Shown here in pieces: positions 11,353 through 24,460 of a stretch of DNA of 64,000 nt (position 1 is the stretch's first letter; every line of letters starts with the position of its first letter). The position numbers were made by a program, and so were the translations under genes. The stretch is taken from the NCBI RefSeq assembly GCF_006345805.1, contig NC_042999.1, positions 50,344,001-50,408,000 on the forward strand. Reading direction: 5' to 3'. The notes beneath the pieces are model-generated. The model was not told the DNA's origin. It saw only the letters and a program-made list of their open reading frames with translations, and made no database searches. Source of the DNA: Octopus sinensis. Its lineage: Eukaryota.

Positions 11353-11881
11353 TAGGAGTGGCTGTGTGATAAGTAGCTTCTTACCGGGTTCTGGGTTCAG
11401 TCCCACTGTGTGGTACCTTGGGCAGGTGTCTTCTACTATAGCCTTGGGCTGACCAAAGCCTTGTGAGTGGACTTGATAGATGGAAACTGAAAGAAGCCCA
11501 CCATATATATGTATATGTGTGTGTATGTTTGTGTGTCTGTGTTTGTTCCCCCCAACATCACTTGACAACCGATGCTGGTGTGTTTACGTCCCTGTAACTT
11601 AGTAGTTCGGCAAAAAGAGACCGATAGAATAAGTACTAGGCTTACAAAGAATAAGTCCTGGGGTAGATTTGCTCGACTAAAGGTGGTGCTCCAGCATGGC
11701 CACAGTCAAATGACTGAAACTAGGAGTGGCTGTGTGGTAAGTAGCTTGCTTACCAACCACATGGTTCCGGGTTCAGTCCCACTGCGTGGCACGTTGGGTA
11801 AGTGTTTTCTACTATAGCCTCGGGCCAACCAAAGCCTTCTGAGTGGATTTGGTAGACGGAAACTGAAAGAAGCCTGTCATA

Positions 11882-11927
<46 letters not shown>

Positions 11928-12215
11928 ATATATGTGTGTGTTTGTGTGTGTGTGTGTGTGTGTGTATGTGTGCGTGTGTGTGTGTGTGTGTGTGTATGCT
12001 TGTGTGTCTGTGTTTGTCCCCCCAACATCGCTTGACAACCGATGCTGGTAACTTAGCAGTTCGGCAAAAGAGACCAATAGAATAAGTACTAGGCTTACAA
12101 AGAATAAGTCCTGGTGTCAATTTGCTCGACTAAAGGTGGTGCTCCAGCATAGCCACAGTCACATACTCACATGACTGAAACAAGTAAAAGAGTAAAAAGA
12201 GAGAGTAAAAGAGTA
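11353..12215 (+). mobile_element. Two tandem SINE family A copies
   Basis: Heads TAGGAGTGGCTGTG at ~11353 and ~11721; each carries the CAGCAT(G/A)GCCACAGTCA tail. Confidence 0.9.
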
Positions 12216-12411
12216 GTTTCTTATTTTTATTGCTGCCATATAATGAATTATGAGATTATTTGTGATAGTCACGGTATTATAGATGCCATGTTTGTCCAAC
12301 TACAGTCAATGAACTGCATATTGATTTTTGTTTTGGTTACTTTTCTTTCATAAATGCACAACACAACACTCAAGTAAGTAAGAATCATGACAGTGGGCAG
12401 CAGTAGAATTA

Positions 12412-12825
12412 CTACTCTTACTCTTTACTCTTTTACTTGTCTCAGTCATTTGACTGCGGCCATGCTGGAGCACCGCCTTTAATCGAGCAACTCGACCCCG
12501 GGACTTATTCTTTTGTAAGCCCGGTACTTATTCTATCGATCTCCTTTGCCGAACTGCTAAGTAACGGGGACGTAAACACACAAGCATCGGTTGTCAAGCA
12601 ATGCTAAGGGGACAAACACAGACACACAAACACACACACGCATATATATATACATATATACGATGGGCTTCTTTCAGTTTCCATCTACCAAATCCACTCA
12701 CAAGGCTTTGGTCGGCCCGAGGCTATAGTAGAAGACACTTGCCCAAGGTGCCACGCAGTAGGACTGAACCCGGAACCATGTGATTGGTAAACAAGCTACT
12801 TACCACACAGCCACTCCTGCGCCTA
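12412..12825 (-). mobile_element. SINE family A (inverted relative to 11721-12215)
   Basis: Reverse complement of the family A sequence, tail to head. Confidence 0.9.
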
Positions 12826-12921
12826 TTGATTATTTTTTTTATGAATATTTGTTTGTGTATATTTACTTTCTATTACTTGCTTCAGTCATTGAACTGTGAC
12901 CATGCAGGTGTATTGTTTGAA

Positions 12922-13155
12922 AAGGCGGCGAGCTGGTAGAAACGTTAGCACGCTGGGCGAAATGCTTAGCGGTATTTCGTCTGCCATTATGTTCTGAGTT
13001 CAAATTCCACCGAGGTCGACTTTGCCTTTTATCCTTTCGGGGTAGATAAATTAAGTACCAGTTACGCACTGGGGTCGATGTAATCGACTTAATCCGTTTG
13101 TCTGTCCTTGTTTGTTCCCTCTGTGTTTAGCCCCTTGTGGGTAGTAAAGAAATAG
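12922..13155 (+). mobile_element. SINE family B, full length
   Basis: AAAGGCGGCGAGCTGGTAGAAACG ... GGGTAGTAAAGAAATAG. Confidence 0.9.
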
Positions 13156-13702
13156 ATGTATTGTTTGAAGGATTTAATCTATGGAATTAATCTCAATTTC
13201 TTTTTACTGAACTGCTTGAGTAATAGGGAAATAAACAAACCTACACTAGTTGATTGACAAATGGTGAGTGACAAACACTAACATTTAGACACACATGCAT
13301 GCACACACCTGATGGGCTTTTCCATGGTTTCCATCGATCAAATTTCCTCACAAGGCATTGCTCAAGTTTTGCTGTGGGAACAAACCTAAAACCATGTGGA
13401 CACAAAACAAATTTTTTTTTAATCACACAGCCATGCCTGTATCTATATTTAACCATTATTCATTTCAGGTTGGTAGATTTGTTAACACATTGGATAAAAC
13501 GATTAACAGCATTTCTTCCAGCTCTTTATCTTAAGTGTTCAAATTCCACCAAGGTCGACTTTGCTTTTTATTCTTGGGGGGGGGGGGGCTCAATAAAATA
13601 AGTACCAGTTTAGAATTGGGATCAATCAATTAAATCCCTTCCCTACAAAACTACTACCCTTGCATCAAAATTTCAAGCTATTATTATCATCATTTATTAC
13701 TA

Positions 13703-13931
13703 TTAACCCTTTCGTTACCAGCCCGGCTGAAACCGGCTCTGGCTCTATAGTACAAATGTCTTGTTTTCATAAGTTCTTAATTAAAATCTTCCACCAAACC
13801 TTAGTCACAATTTATGTTTCTAACATTAGCTGAATGATAACTAAGTTATTTTACTTAATTCTTTGTTATATTTAAAGCAACTGAAAGAAACATGGACCAT
13901 CTCAAAATAAATACAGTAACAAAAGGGTTAA
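13703..13931 (+). mobile_element. piggyBac-type MITE (TTAA|CCC...GGG|TTAA), ~230 bp
   Basis: TTAACCCTTTCGTTAC ... GTAACAAAAGGGTTAA; same family at 37798, 39527 and 44615. Confidence 0.88.
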
Positions 13932-14145
13932 AATGCAAACTGGCAGAACTGTTAGCATGCTAGACAAAATGCATAGCAACATTTCATCCATTAGTTCAAA
14001 TTCCACCAAGGTTGACTTTGCCTTTCTTTTTGGGGGTTGATAAAATAAGTACCAGTTGAGCACTAGAGCTGATGTAGTTGACTAGCCTCTCCTGCCAATA
14101 TTTCAGGCCTTGTGTCTATATTAGAAAGCATTATTATTTATTATT

Positions 14146-14585
14146 GTGGAGGCACATGGCCTGGTGGTCAGAGCAGCAGACTCGTGGTCGAGGGATTGCG
14201 GGTTTGAATCTCAGACCGGGCGATGTGTGTGTTTATGAGTGAAACGCCTAAGCTCCACACGGCTCCCGCAGAAGGTAACAGCGAACTTCTGCTGACTCTT
14301 TCGCCACATCTTTCTCTCACTCTTTCCTCCTGCATCTTGCAGCTCGCCTGAGCATTGTGTGTGTTTATTGAGCAAAAATACCTAAAAGCTCCACGAAGCT
14401 CTGGTGGGGGTGGGTGGGAGATGGCGACTCCTGTTGTACTCTTTCACCCCAACTTTCTCTCACTCCTTCTTCCTGTTTCTTGAGTAACGCTGTGATGGAC
14501 AGGTGGGGGGAACACATACACCATAGAAACCTGGAAACCAGGCCCATGAGCCTGGCTAGGCTTGAAAAGTGCGCATAAATAAATA
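14146..14585 (+). mobile_element. tRNA-derived SINE family D, composite
   Basis: GTGGAGGCACATGGCCTGGTGGTCAGAGC head, GGGTTTGAATCTC B box; related copy at 33815-34100. Confidence 0.75.
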
Positions 14586-16772
14586 AATCATTATTGTCGT
14601 TTTACATCTGCCTTCTATACTTAGAGAGGTTGGACATGCCATCTCTGCTTTCCTTACAGTTTGGTGTCTACAGCTTGTATGTATGCATACATATAGTTGC
14701 AACTACAAATGTTGATTATGTCGCTCTTCTGTGAAGGACATATTACATTGTCCACAGCTGCTCAAAAATATCATCAAGATACTAACAACCATTGTGACAT
14801 GGCATTCTTGTTCAAATAATATTTCCCAACAAGAGTATATACTACATACATTTTTTCATGGCACCATAAAATCTACCTAACTGTAGCTCATTGGAAACAA
14901 GACCTACTCCTGATGCAGTGTTTAGCAGTAGAAAAGATATCCAAAAAGAAAAGTTATTTTCTCAATTGTCATGTGTATGGTAGCTTGGAAAATCATATAG
15001 AAGATACTACTCCATAACGTATTTATGCTGTTTCCCTGTTCTTTTCTATCAAATGTACTTTAGTCAATATAAGTAACTAATTTACTTCATGGTAAGTACA
15101 TAATTTATAGCAGGGGCATGTGGGGTCGTCTAATGTCCATTTTGTTGTTCCGGTGAAATACTGCATTTAAACTAAGCTCTTGATATATTTCATCAACCAT
15201 TAGAAGCATCAATAAATTATATATATATACAATAAATAAGTCACGCATCAGCAATTCTTCAATCTGTTTCTATTCATAGTAATTTTCTGAATCTGACCAC
15301 CCATCTCATAACAATGCTACATTCAAGCATTTAACTAAATTATTTCACAAATTTGCCTTCATGATTTGGTGATTCTATAACCAAAACCATTGAATTACAT
15401 TACAACTATGCAATTAATTCAAATATCTTTTTTCCATTTTCTCTAAAACAATTACAACTCTCTCTAGAACCAGTCTATCTTTAAAATCTTCATTAGTTTT
15501 CCTTAATGAAATTCTACTTATTTTATTTTATTTTTATCTCTTGTATATTACAGATGTTATTGTATTTCTTATCCTGTGCTTCCCCTATTATAATTCTGTC
15601 CTTTACAATCTAACATTTTATAATAAATGTTTTCAGTATAACCAAACAATTTATTTTACTGGCGATGTGTTATCCTATTTTTATATCTCATAACTTTCTT
15701 ATTAATTTCCCTACATTTTTGTTGGAATTTCTATTTAGTAATTTTCAATATATTATTTAATCATATATTCAATTTATCATTATGTGACCGTTATGATTCT
15801 TATTATTGTAGACATAGTTGTTTGCAAACAATCATCATCATTATCGTCATCATTATTATTATAATAAAGGCAGCAACCAGGCAGAATCATTAAACAGCCA
15901 AGCAAAATGTTTAGAGGCATTTCACCCGTCTTTATCTTCCAAATTCAAATTCCACCAAGATTGACTTTGTCTCTCATCCTTCTGAGGTCGATAAATTAAG
16001 TAAGCTCAGTGCACCATGGGTATGTGCTGTAGCTTGTTTTTGGTGCTTTTATTTTCACTGTATCGAAAGTGCTTTACATAGGATGTGTGCGGTGCCTAGC
16101 AGTGCTATTTTTCTGTATGTTATAGATATTTGTAAGTCCTGGTGCTTTGGTTATGCATTTATCTGCTGCTACTGCTGCTACTACTACTACTACTATTAAA
16201 ATGAAGTTGGGCTAGCACTTTTGTTACTATGCCAGACAACAAGACAATATTGTTTGACAGCATTCATTTTATTGTTACATTCTGAGTTCAAACTCCACCA
16301 AGATAGAATTTGCCTGTAATCCTTCCAGGGTCAATAAATTAAGTACCACTTGAGCACTGAGGTTGATATAATCAACAGTCCCTTCCCTCACATTTCAGGC
16401 CATGTACCTATAGTAGAAAGGATTATTATTATTATTATTAAAAGGGTGAAGAGCTGGCAGATTGCTAGCATGTCATATGAAATGATTGGCGGTTTTTCAT
16501 CCATCTGTAGATTTTGAGCTCAAATTCTACCAAGGTCAACTTTGCCCTTCATTCTCTCAGAGTTGATGAAATAAGAACCAGTTGAATAATGGGGTGGATT
16601 AAACAACAGCCCCATCTTACAAAATTTCAGGCCTTGTGCCAATAGTAGAATGGATTATTAAGTGGTCTTGTTTTCTTGATTAGTTTAAGCACAACTCTGT
16701 GAACTTTGGTTACATTACAGTGCTTTGTTTTGGGTTTGTATTTTCTATTGTACTGACAATACTACGTGGATA

Positions 16773-16975
16773 GAGGGTGCTGAGAAATTCCTGTCTTTAA
16801 AGGTATTGTAAAAGGTCTGGTTAGAGGCCCCTTCTAAACTCTATTACAAGGTTTCGATAAATTGAAGGACAGCTGCAATAGGTGTGTGAATCTGAGAAGG
16901 GAATACGTTGAATAAAATCGTAATTAACTGATCCTCCTGTATTTTTACCCAAAGCCAGGAACTTTCAGCACCTCA
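16773..16975 (+). mobile_element. Mariner-derived MITE
   Basis: TIRs GAGGGTGCTGAGAAATTCCTG / CCAGGAACTTTCAGCACCTC after TA; encodes transposase-like C-terminus QGFDKLKDSCNRCVNLRREYVE*. Confidence 0.75.
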
Positions 16976-17404
16976 TATGTGTGAGTGTGTGTGTGTGTGT
17001 GTTTGTAATGGGTAAAGACCACTATCGCCCATGAATGACCATGGAATTGCACCTAGAAAGTATCCCCACAACTGAGGCACAAGTCTGGGCAAGGCTGTTT
17101 ATGGAAGACCAGCAGGCACCCATGCATACTGGTTTCCCCTCTCCATGCAACTGATGTTATCCAAGCAAAAGACAAAGTCTAATACAGCTTGGCACTTGTG
17201 ATGTCGCAACTCATTTCTACAGCTGAGTGAACTGGAGCAATGTGAAATAAAGTGTCTTGCTCAAGAACACAACACACAGCCTAGTCCAGGAATTGAACTC
17301 ACTACCTCATGATTGTGAGTCCAATGCTCTAACCACTGAGCCATTCACCAGCGGCCAGTTCCTGTGAAGCCTTCCAACCCATGGAAAACAGAGGTTAAAT
17401 TATT

Positions 17405-17447
<43 letters not shown>

Positions 17448-17461
17448 CATACACACAATCA

Positions 17462-19850
17462 CTTTTCTGTTGGAATTTCATAATGCCAGTATAACTTCCA
17501 GTGTTTTGAAAGCTCTGATCTCGTGATGTTTTGTAAATACATTATTTCTTGGCTAAGAGAAGACAGCCAGATATAATATGATCTATTGTTTCTTCCTCAC
17601 TTTCACATACTCTATGGTCACTGTATTCTATTTTGTTATGTTTTTCCCTTTTTTGGTGAGTGTATGTGTGTCTATCTGTGTGTGTGTATGTTTGTTTTCT
17701 TGTGGGGAGTATTTGATCACGTGCCCCCATCGAAAATCCACCAGTTTTGAGTTTTGTACATCACAGTTGAGTTGTTAATTCTCTTTATCCATTTCTGCTT
17801 TGTTCATATTTTTCAAGCATGAGTCATGTAGGTGATTTTCTTAACATATTTTAGAATGACATGGCATATCATGGCATTACAGTCTGTGACTTTATTTTTA
17901 GCTTAGATTTTATTTTTGCTCAATTTATGAATTTATGTTATCAATTCTCCCATCTCCTCATAATTATCTGTCATTTCAGCCTGTTTCATATTTGCGCTTC
18001 CTTGAAGACACAAAATAGTGTTTTTTTTTCCTTTTGTGTGTATTTTGTCACTATATGCATTAGTTTTCTTTATTCTTCACTAGATATTTTTCTACTCCTC
18101 CAGCAGCTACTTTATAAACAAATTTACATTTAGTTGCATAAGACCCCCAAAGTTTCCGTATTCTTACTAAACATAATCTTTCTCTGACAGATATTGGGGG
18201 TAGTATTCTAATTTCAGTCACTGTTTTAATTGTTTTATCTTTTTAGCCATACTACTTCAGTTAGTATCCAATAGAGTACAGTATAACCAAATTTTACTAC
18301 TAGATTAGCATGAATATTGATGCATATTGTCTTATTTTTATTTTTATTTTTTCATTTAGTTCTGTTGGTGCCAAAGATCCCAACATCACCATCAAAATAC
18401 AGGACCAGATACTGCAACAGCTTGGGTTTCAGGGGACCACAGATCTTCAATATCCTTCCTAAATGCCTGAGAGAGCTGCATGGTGTGGATGTGGATTTCT
18501 TTAAGACTAAACTGGATCTCTTCTTTTCAGGGGTTCCAGATGAACCTACCTCTCAGCAGGAAACACAGATGCGGGCAGCGGCAACGAACTCCCTTGTTGA
18601 TCAAGTGCCACATATCAGAGGTGGTTTCCCATACTAGTGTAGCTCATTCAACGGTGGTGCCCCAGCATGGCTGCAGCTTTCGGGCAGAAACATTTTTAAG
18701 GATTTTAAGGATTTAAAGATTTAATATATATAATATTCTTTCTTAATCTTTTCTTTCATTTATGTGTGTCATGCTGTACTGTCTAATGCATTGATTCATA
18801 ATTGCTTGTAGATCTACTTCTGCATTTCTCTTATCCATTTTCCTTTATCAAGTATATATTAGTGTTCTTACTTGTTTCCCCTCTTCAAAGTTGTATTAAC
18901 ACATATTCATAATTCAACTGCGGATAAATTTCTCGAATAATTTTATCTCCGCTCTGCAGTAATGCTTCTAGTTTATTATCAATAGCATACAACTCAAGGT
19001 TATTCACTGACAAAAGACGGATGATTGTCCTTGTATTTGTATCCATGTCCAGCCCTGTTCAATATGTCAGTTAAAGTGCTAGTCTCATTCAAAAAAAGTC
19101 GTAAAAACAAGAGTTCCCAAGGAAAATTCCTCTTCTAACGGGGATAGAGATGGTTATTATAATTCACTCTTTTATTTTTATCTGCAGGATTATTTGCCAT
19201 TTACTCATGAGATGTTTGATGAATCTGATTACTATGGCACCACCTTGTTTCCACAATCTATAAGTAGAGAATAATCTCAAAAGATTTCTGGTAGTCAATC
19301 CATATCCTGTTTAGACCTTTCTTTCTCCCTCTACAATTTTTGGTGAGCCTTTACAGCACCACTTCTGCTCTTCAGGTAACAAGTAACTTCTTTTTCTATG
19401 TCAGATCACAAGAATCAGATGTGTCAGTTTTAAGGTTTGTCATTTCTATAGTGTTGAGTTAAGATAGTTTCTCAGCTAAGTGAATCATGTATATATAATT
19501 CTGTATCTTATCAAATGTCTTTGCTAGTATCTCATGTAACCCTATCAGATAATTTAACCAGAAGTTTAAATTTGATTATGTTTTGTTGCCTTCCAGTAAT
19601 TTGTTGTTTGCAGTGTCTAGGCTACTTCTTGTGCCATTATAGCTTTACACAAATGTACACATGCTATGTTCATTATTTTCAACAATCTCATCAATGATGA
19701 CTCTTTTACTGCCCACACTCACTGGTTGTTTGGCTGCATTGATTTCTGTTATATTTTTACCAAGTTCTTCATAAAATCATTTATTGACTGGCGTTAAGAA
19801 TCAAGAAGAGATATTCATTCCATGATTAAATTTAACAATCCATGGAATCA
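17462..19850 (-). pseudogene. Decayed R4/Dong-like non-LTR retrotransposon ORF (RT + CCHC), interrupted by another LINE
   Basis: In order on the minus strand: FYEELGK, NYWKA..NQI/FWLNYL..LHE, LLPEEQKWC, WIDYQKSFE, RRGIFLGNS, IIRLLSVNNLELYA (decayed MDDLKLY), MKEKIKKEYY, CESEEETIDHIISGCLLLAKK. Confidence 0.85.
18364..18725 (+). mobile_element. 3' end of a CR1/L2-group LINE (5'-truncated)
   Basis: NSLGFRGPQIFNILPKCLR...DFFKTKLDLFFSGVPDEP...RAAATNSLVDQV* (stop 18635-18637), short 3'UTR and (TTTAAGGA)n-like tail. Clade label is from memory of similar C-termini. Confidence 0.75.
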
Positions 19851-20129
19851 ATCTTCTTTTCACTTTATTTAAACAGACACCAATTTCCTGTTATTTTAGC
19901 ATCTTCAATAATGATCATCAACAATTCACATATGTTTTCATTTTTATTTTATAATCTTTTCCACTATAGTTAATTAAGCTAAACCTATTCAATGTCATTA
20001 ATGATGGGATGGGTACAACAACAATGTTAAGTAGAGTGAATATCAAGGAAATTGTGAAAACAGAGTTAAATCAGGACCTTGGTGGAGGGAATAAAATATT
20101 GTGAAACACAGGGGTGAAAATTGTTCTAT

Positions 20130-20310
20130 GGTACTTCCTGCACTCTGCGCAGTACCTAAACTGCTACTGAAGAAACTAAAGGATATTGGAATTGCGACAT
20201 GTATTAGTAAGTTGTAGAAATCGCTATCCTACACTCTGCAAGAATCCTTAGAAAGATCTTTGAGATTTGAAGAGACCTGTGTTTACTGAACCTAAAGATA
20301 ACATCTCTGG
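20130..20310 (+). pseudogene. 3' end of an R4/Dong-like REL endonuclease
   Basis: AVPKLL..LKDIGIATCISKL*KS..HSARILRKIFEI* resembles IGALG.IPK.L...LQKSA.LGTARILRKVL. Confidence 0.6.
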
Positions 20311-21119
20311 AACAAAATTAGCATGTAATAGCTTTTTTATGGTGATCATGATGATGATGGCAACAATGATGGTGGTTTCTTTTATTGGCTACAAGGTTCC
20401 AAGACACCGAAGACAATAGCACAAAATACAACATGCTGCAACAAAATGCAATAAACAAGAGCCAATCTTACTTCCAAGAATCCCATTTGAAAGACAAAGC
20501 TGAAAACCTACTCTTTTACTTGTTTCAGTCATTTGACTGTGGCTATGCTAGAGCACCACCTTTAGTCAAGCAAATCGACCCCAGGACTTATTCTTTGTAA
20601 GCCTAGTACTTATTCTATCGGTCTCTTTTGCTGAACAGCTAAGTTACGAGGATGTAAACACACAGACACACAAACATATGGCAGCAAAAGATCATTTATG
20701 GGTTTTCTGCTCAGATTTCATAAACTAAATAGCAGTGATGTCACTTTCCCCTTCCAGGTTTCCCAAGTCCAATAAAACAAAACATCACTCAAATACTAAA
20801 GTCATACATGATTAAACAAATTTATAGCAAAAGGCAATCCAACCATAGCCATCTCATCTTATGATGTAGCTCCATATGATCGCTTGATTTGTTAAAAATA
20901 GCAATTAAATTTCCCTCATATCCCAGCTTATCGCCTTAAAAAAAATGAGGGGCTAAGGGGTACACATAGTTTTAGATAACCCTACAATAGCAAGATGGTG
21001 AAAACTGAAATGTTATTGACTGCAAGGCTACTCAAAGGGTACTTATCTGAGAACAAACAACAGAAGCATTCAAAATACTGGTGATTCAGTAGAATTAAAG
21101 GGCCTGTTCTTATATCTCT

Positions 21120-21510
21120 TCTGCCCACAAGGGGCTAAACATAGAGGGGACAAACATGGACAGACAAAGGGATTAAGTTGATTACATCGACCCCAGTGTG
21201 TAACTGGAACTTATTAATCAAACCTGAAAGGATGAAAGGCTAAGTCAACTTCAGCAGAATTTGAACTGAGAATGTAGCAGCAGGCGAAATACCTATTTCT
21301 TTACTACCCACAAGGGGTTAAACACAGAAAGGACAAACAAGGACAGATAAACGGATTAAGTCGATTATATCGACCCCAGTGCATAACTGGTACTTATTTA
21401 ATTGACCCTGAAAGGATGAAAGGCAAAGTTGACCTCGGCGGAATTTGAACTCAGAACATAGCAGCAGAGGAAATACTGCTAACGTTTCTGTCAGCTTACC
21501 ACCTCACCAC
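21120..21510 (-). mobile_element. SINE family B, two tandem units
   Basis: Two copies of CCCACAAGGGG(C/T)TAAACA...GAATTTGAACT. Confidence 0.85.
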
Positions 21511-22679
21511 CTCACAGAGCCTATTCTTGTTTTACAAAGATCAATTCTTCAGTTTAAGACTGTTTGTCTTACTCTCACTCACATAGCAACAATTTCATGA
21601 TATCAACACTATCATTTATTTCCATAGAATCTGTACATAAAAGAGTACATTTCTGTTTGTTTCCAAATCCTTTCTTAGTAATTTCAAGATATTTCCTACT
21701 AAACCATTAAGGCACAGAATACCCGAATACCCTTCAAGTTTATATTTTTACAGTCGCTTGTATTTACTGTAACACTGTATCTTCCTTACCACAAAACTTT
21801 ATTAGTTTCTCTATCAGCTTTATATTTTTTGCAAACTACTAACCCTACTTTGCCTTTTTTTTTTATATAAATATATAAAAACCTATCAGTACTATTTCAA
21901 GGATGTAATGCCCATCTATTAACATGTCTTTGTGTCTTCCTTTCTGAATGCAACAACTCACTTTTTTTAAATTCCATTTTATAAGTCTCACAACACTTCA
22001 AAAGAGACACATTTTAATGGCTACTTTTACCTTTTTTTTAGGTTATATTTCAGCATGAATATTTTAACCTTTTAAAGTATAGTTTTCTCTATCATTCCTT
22101 CATATTTTTTCTCATTATCTTTTCTAACTCTAACATATCTATCTATAAAGACTTCACTAACAATCTATTTTATCACTTTTATATTTAGTTATTGCTATCC
22201 ATTAAATTCCATTGTTTTCGTTCCGTTCATTGTCAAGAACCTATCCCTTTTTTTCTTTTTGTTTTTTAAATCTCAAATTCCATCTCAATGTCTTCATTAA
22301 GCTTATGGTACACTAAGATATGTTTTTGATCTTTCTTCTTTGTGAACAGCTTCAAGTCATCTATAAATATCTGACTGATTTTTATTTTTTTTATTTTACT
22401 ACTTTTTTTCGTTATACATACATCCACTTAGAATACAATAGGCAAAGGGAACAAATTATCATTCTGGAATATTCTTCGATTGATCTTAAAATTTTTTGTT
22501 ACATCTCTCTTTTGCAGCAACTCAACTATTCATGAATGAAGAATTATGCTGCTGCTGTTGTTATTCCAACAAACACACACGCACACACATATGTGTATAT
22601 GCAAAACAAGGCAGTGCCCCAGCATGTTCACAGTTTCTCTCTCTTTGTATATGTGAGTGTGTGTGTATATATATATACA

Positions 22680-23126
22680 TAGGTGCAGAAGTGACTCTGC
22701 GGTAAGAAGCTTGCTTCCCAGCCACATGGTTCTGGGTTCAGCCTCACTTCATGGTACCTTGGGCAAGTGTCCTTTACTATAGCCTTGGGCTGATCAAAGA
22801 CTTTTGAGGAGATTTTGTAGACAGAAATGGAAAAGAAGCCCACCCATGCTAGCATGGAAAGTGGATGTTAAACGATGATGATGAAGATGATGATGATGAT
22901 GATGATGATGATGTGTGTCATTGTGTCTATGTTTGTCCACACATCACTGCTTGACAACCAGTGTTGGTATGTTCATGTCCCTGTAACTTAGTGGTTTGGT
23001 AAAAGAGATAGATAGAATAAGTACTGGGCTTGAAAATAATTAAGTCCTGGGGTCGATTTGTTTGACTGAAGCCCTTCAAAGTGGTGCTCCAGCATGGATG
23101 CAGTCAAATAACTGAAAGAAATAAAA

Positions 23127-23135
<9 letters not shown>
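22680..23135 (+). mobile_element. SINE family A, diverged composite
   Basis: Head GTGACTCTGCGGTAAGAAGCTTGC, inserted (GAT)n RTE-type tail, family A tail. Confidence 0.75.
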
Positions 23136-23161
<26 letters not shown>

Positions 23162-23214
23162 TATCACCCATGCCACCATGTAAGGCAGACATTAAATGAT
23201 GATGATGTTGATGA

Positions 23215-23255
<41 letters not shown>

Positions 23256-23281
23256 TATAAATATACACACACACACACACA

Positions 23282-23325
<44 letters not shown>

Positions 23326-24209
23326 GCATATTTTACTCTTTACTTGTTTTGATAATTTGACTGTGACTGAGCAATGCTTTGATACTTCCTTGAATGGTTG
23401 TAGTTGACTGGATGAGGACAGCTGCATAAAGAAGTACTGAGCTCTAATTATGCAAGGCACCTGTGGAAGGAGTAGACCCAGGAAGATGTGGCCCGAGGCT
23501 ATAGTAGAAGACACTTGCCCAAGATGCCACATAGTGGGACTGAACCCAGAACCATGTGGTTCATAAGCAAGCTACTTACCATACAGCCACTCCTACGCCT
23601 ATATAATGAATTTAATGTTAATTTGAAAGTTATAAGTAGTAAAATAATGGTAAAGGATGTTGTTTTAGTGTTTGAATAGGAGTTCTGCCTTTGTTACACC
23701 ATCATCATTTAACATCTACCTACCATGCTCGCAGGAGCTGGACAGATAGAAGACTGCACCAGGTTTCTGTGTCTGTTTTGGCATAATTTTTACAGCTGGA
23801 TGCCCTTCCAAATGCCAACCACTTCGTAATGTGGACTGGATGCTTTTTACATGGCGCCAGCACTAGGAGGGTCACCAAGTAATTTGGAAGACAAGGAACT
23901 TTTATAGGGGAGGGGGAATTGGTGGAGGTAATCTTGTGTCAGATGAAGAAAAGTTAGTGTGTGACAGAGAGAGTGAGAGGCAGAAAGAGATGTCTTGCTA
24001 TAGAGGAGGTACATGGTTACCCAATCAGAAAGAGAGAGGGAGAGAAAGTATTGAAAACATATAAGTGCTCTTCTTCCTGTGGAAAATATAGCCATCAGCA
24101 ATGAAGAATTTTCAGCAAAATCATTTCATTTTTCTTTTCTTGGTTCTGTTTTTTTATTTGTTTGTTTCATTGTCTACTTTAACAGATCAAGTATTAAAAA
24201 ATAAATAAA

Positions 24210-24460
24210 TGCACCCTTTTTAAAGCCTAGCCAGGCTCATGGGCCTGGTTTCCTGGTTTCAATGGCGTATGTGTTCCCCAGCTGGACGGGATGTCAGTCC
24301 ATTGCAACATTACTCATTTTTGCCAGCTGAGTGAACTGGAGCAATGTGAAATGAAGTATTTTGCTCAAGAGCACAACGCATCACCCGGTCCAGGAATCGA
24401 AACCACAATCTTACGATCATGATGCTGACACCCCAACCACTAAGCCACATGCCTCCACAG
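24210..24460 (-). mobile_element. tRNA-derived SINE family E
   Basis: Minus-strand head GTGGAGGCATGTGGCTTAGTGG, B box GGTTTCGATTCC; close relative at 57225-57480. Confidence 0.85.

Noticed and set aside
19188-19274. Plus-strand exon DYLPFTHEMFDESDYYG...
   Set aside because: Antisense of the R4/Dong-like RT (WIDYQKSFE region).
20991-21080. 90-nt exon KMVKTEMLLTARLLKGYL...
   Set aside because: Appears to be a degenerate repeat end related (reverse complement) to the GTTG..TTTAG.C..AGGT.A.C family at ~44540, ~59130 and ~63850.
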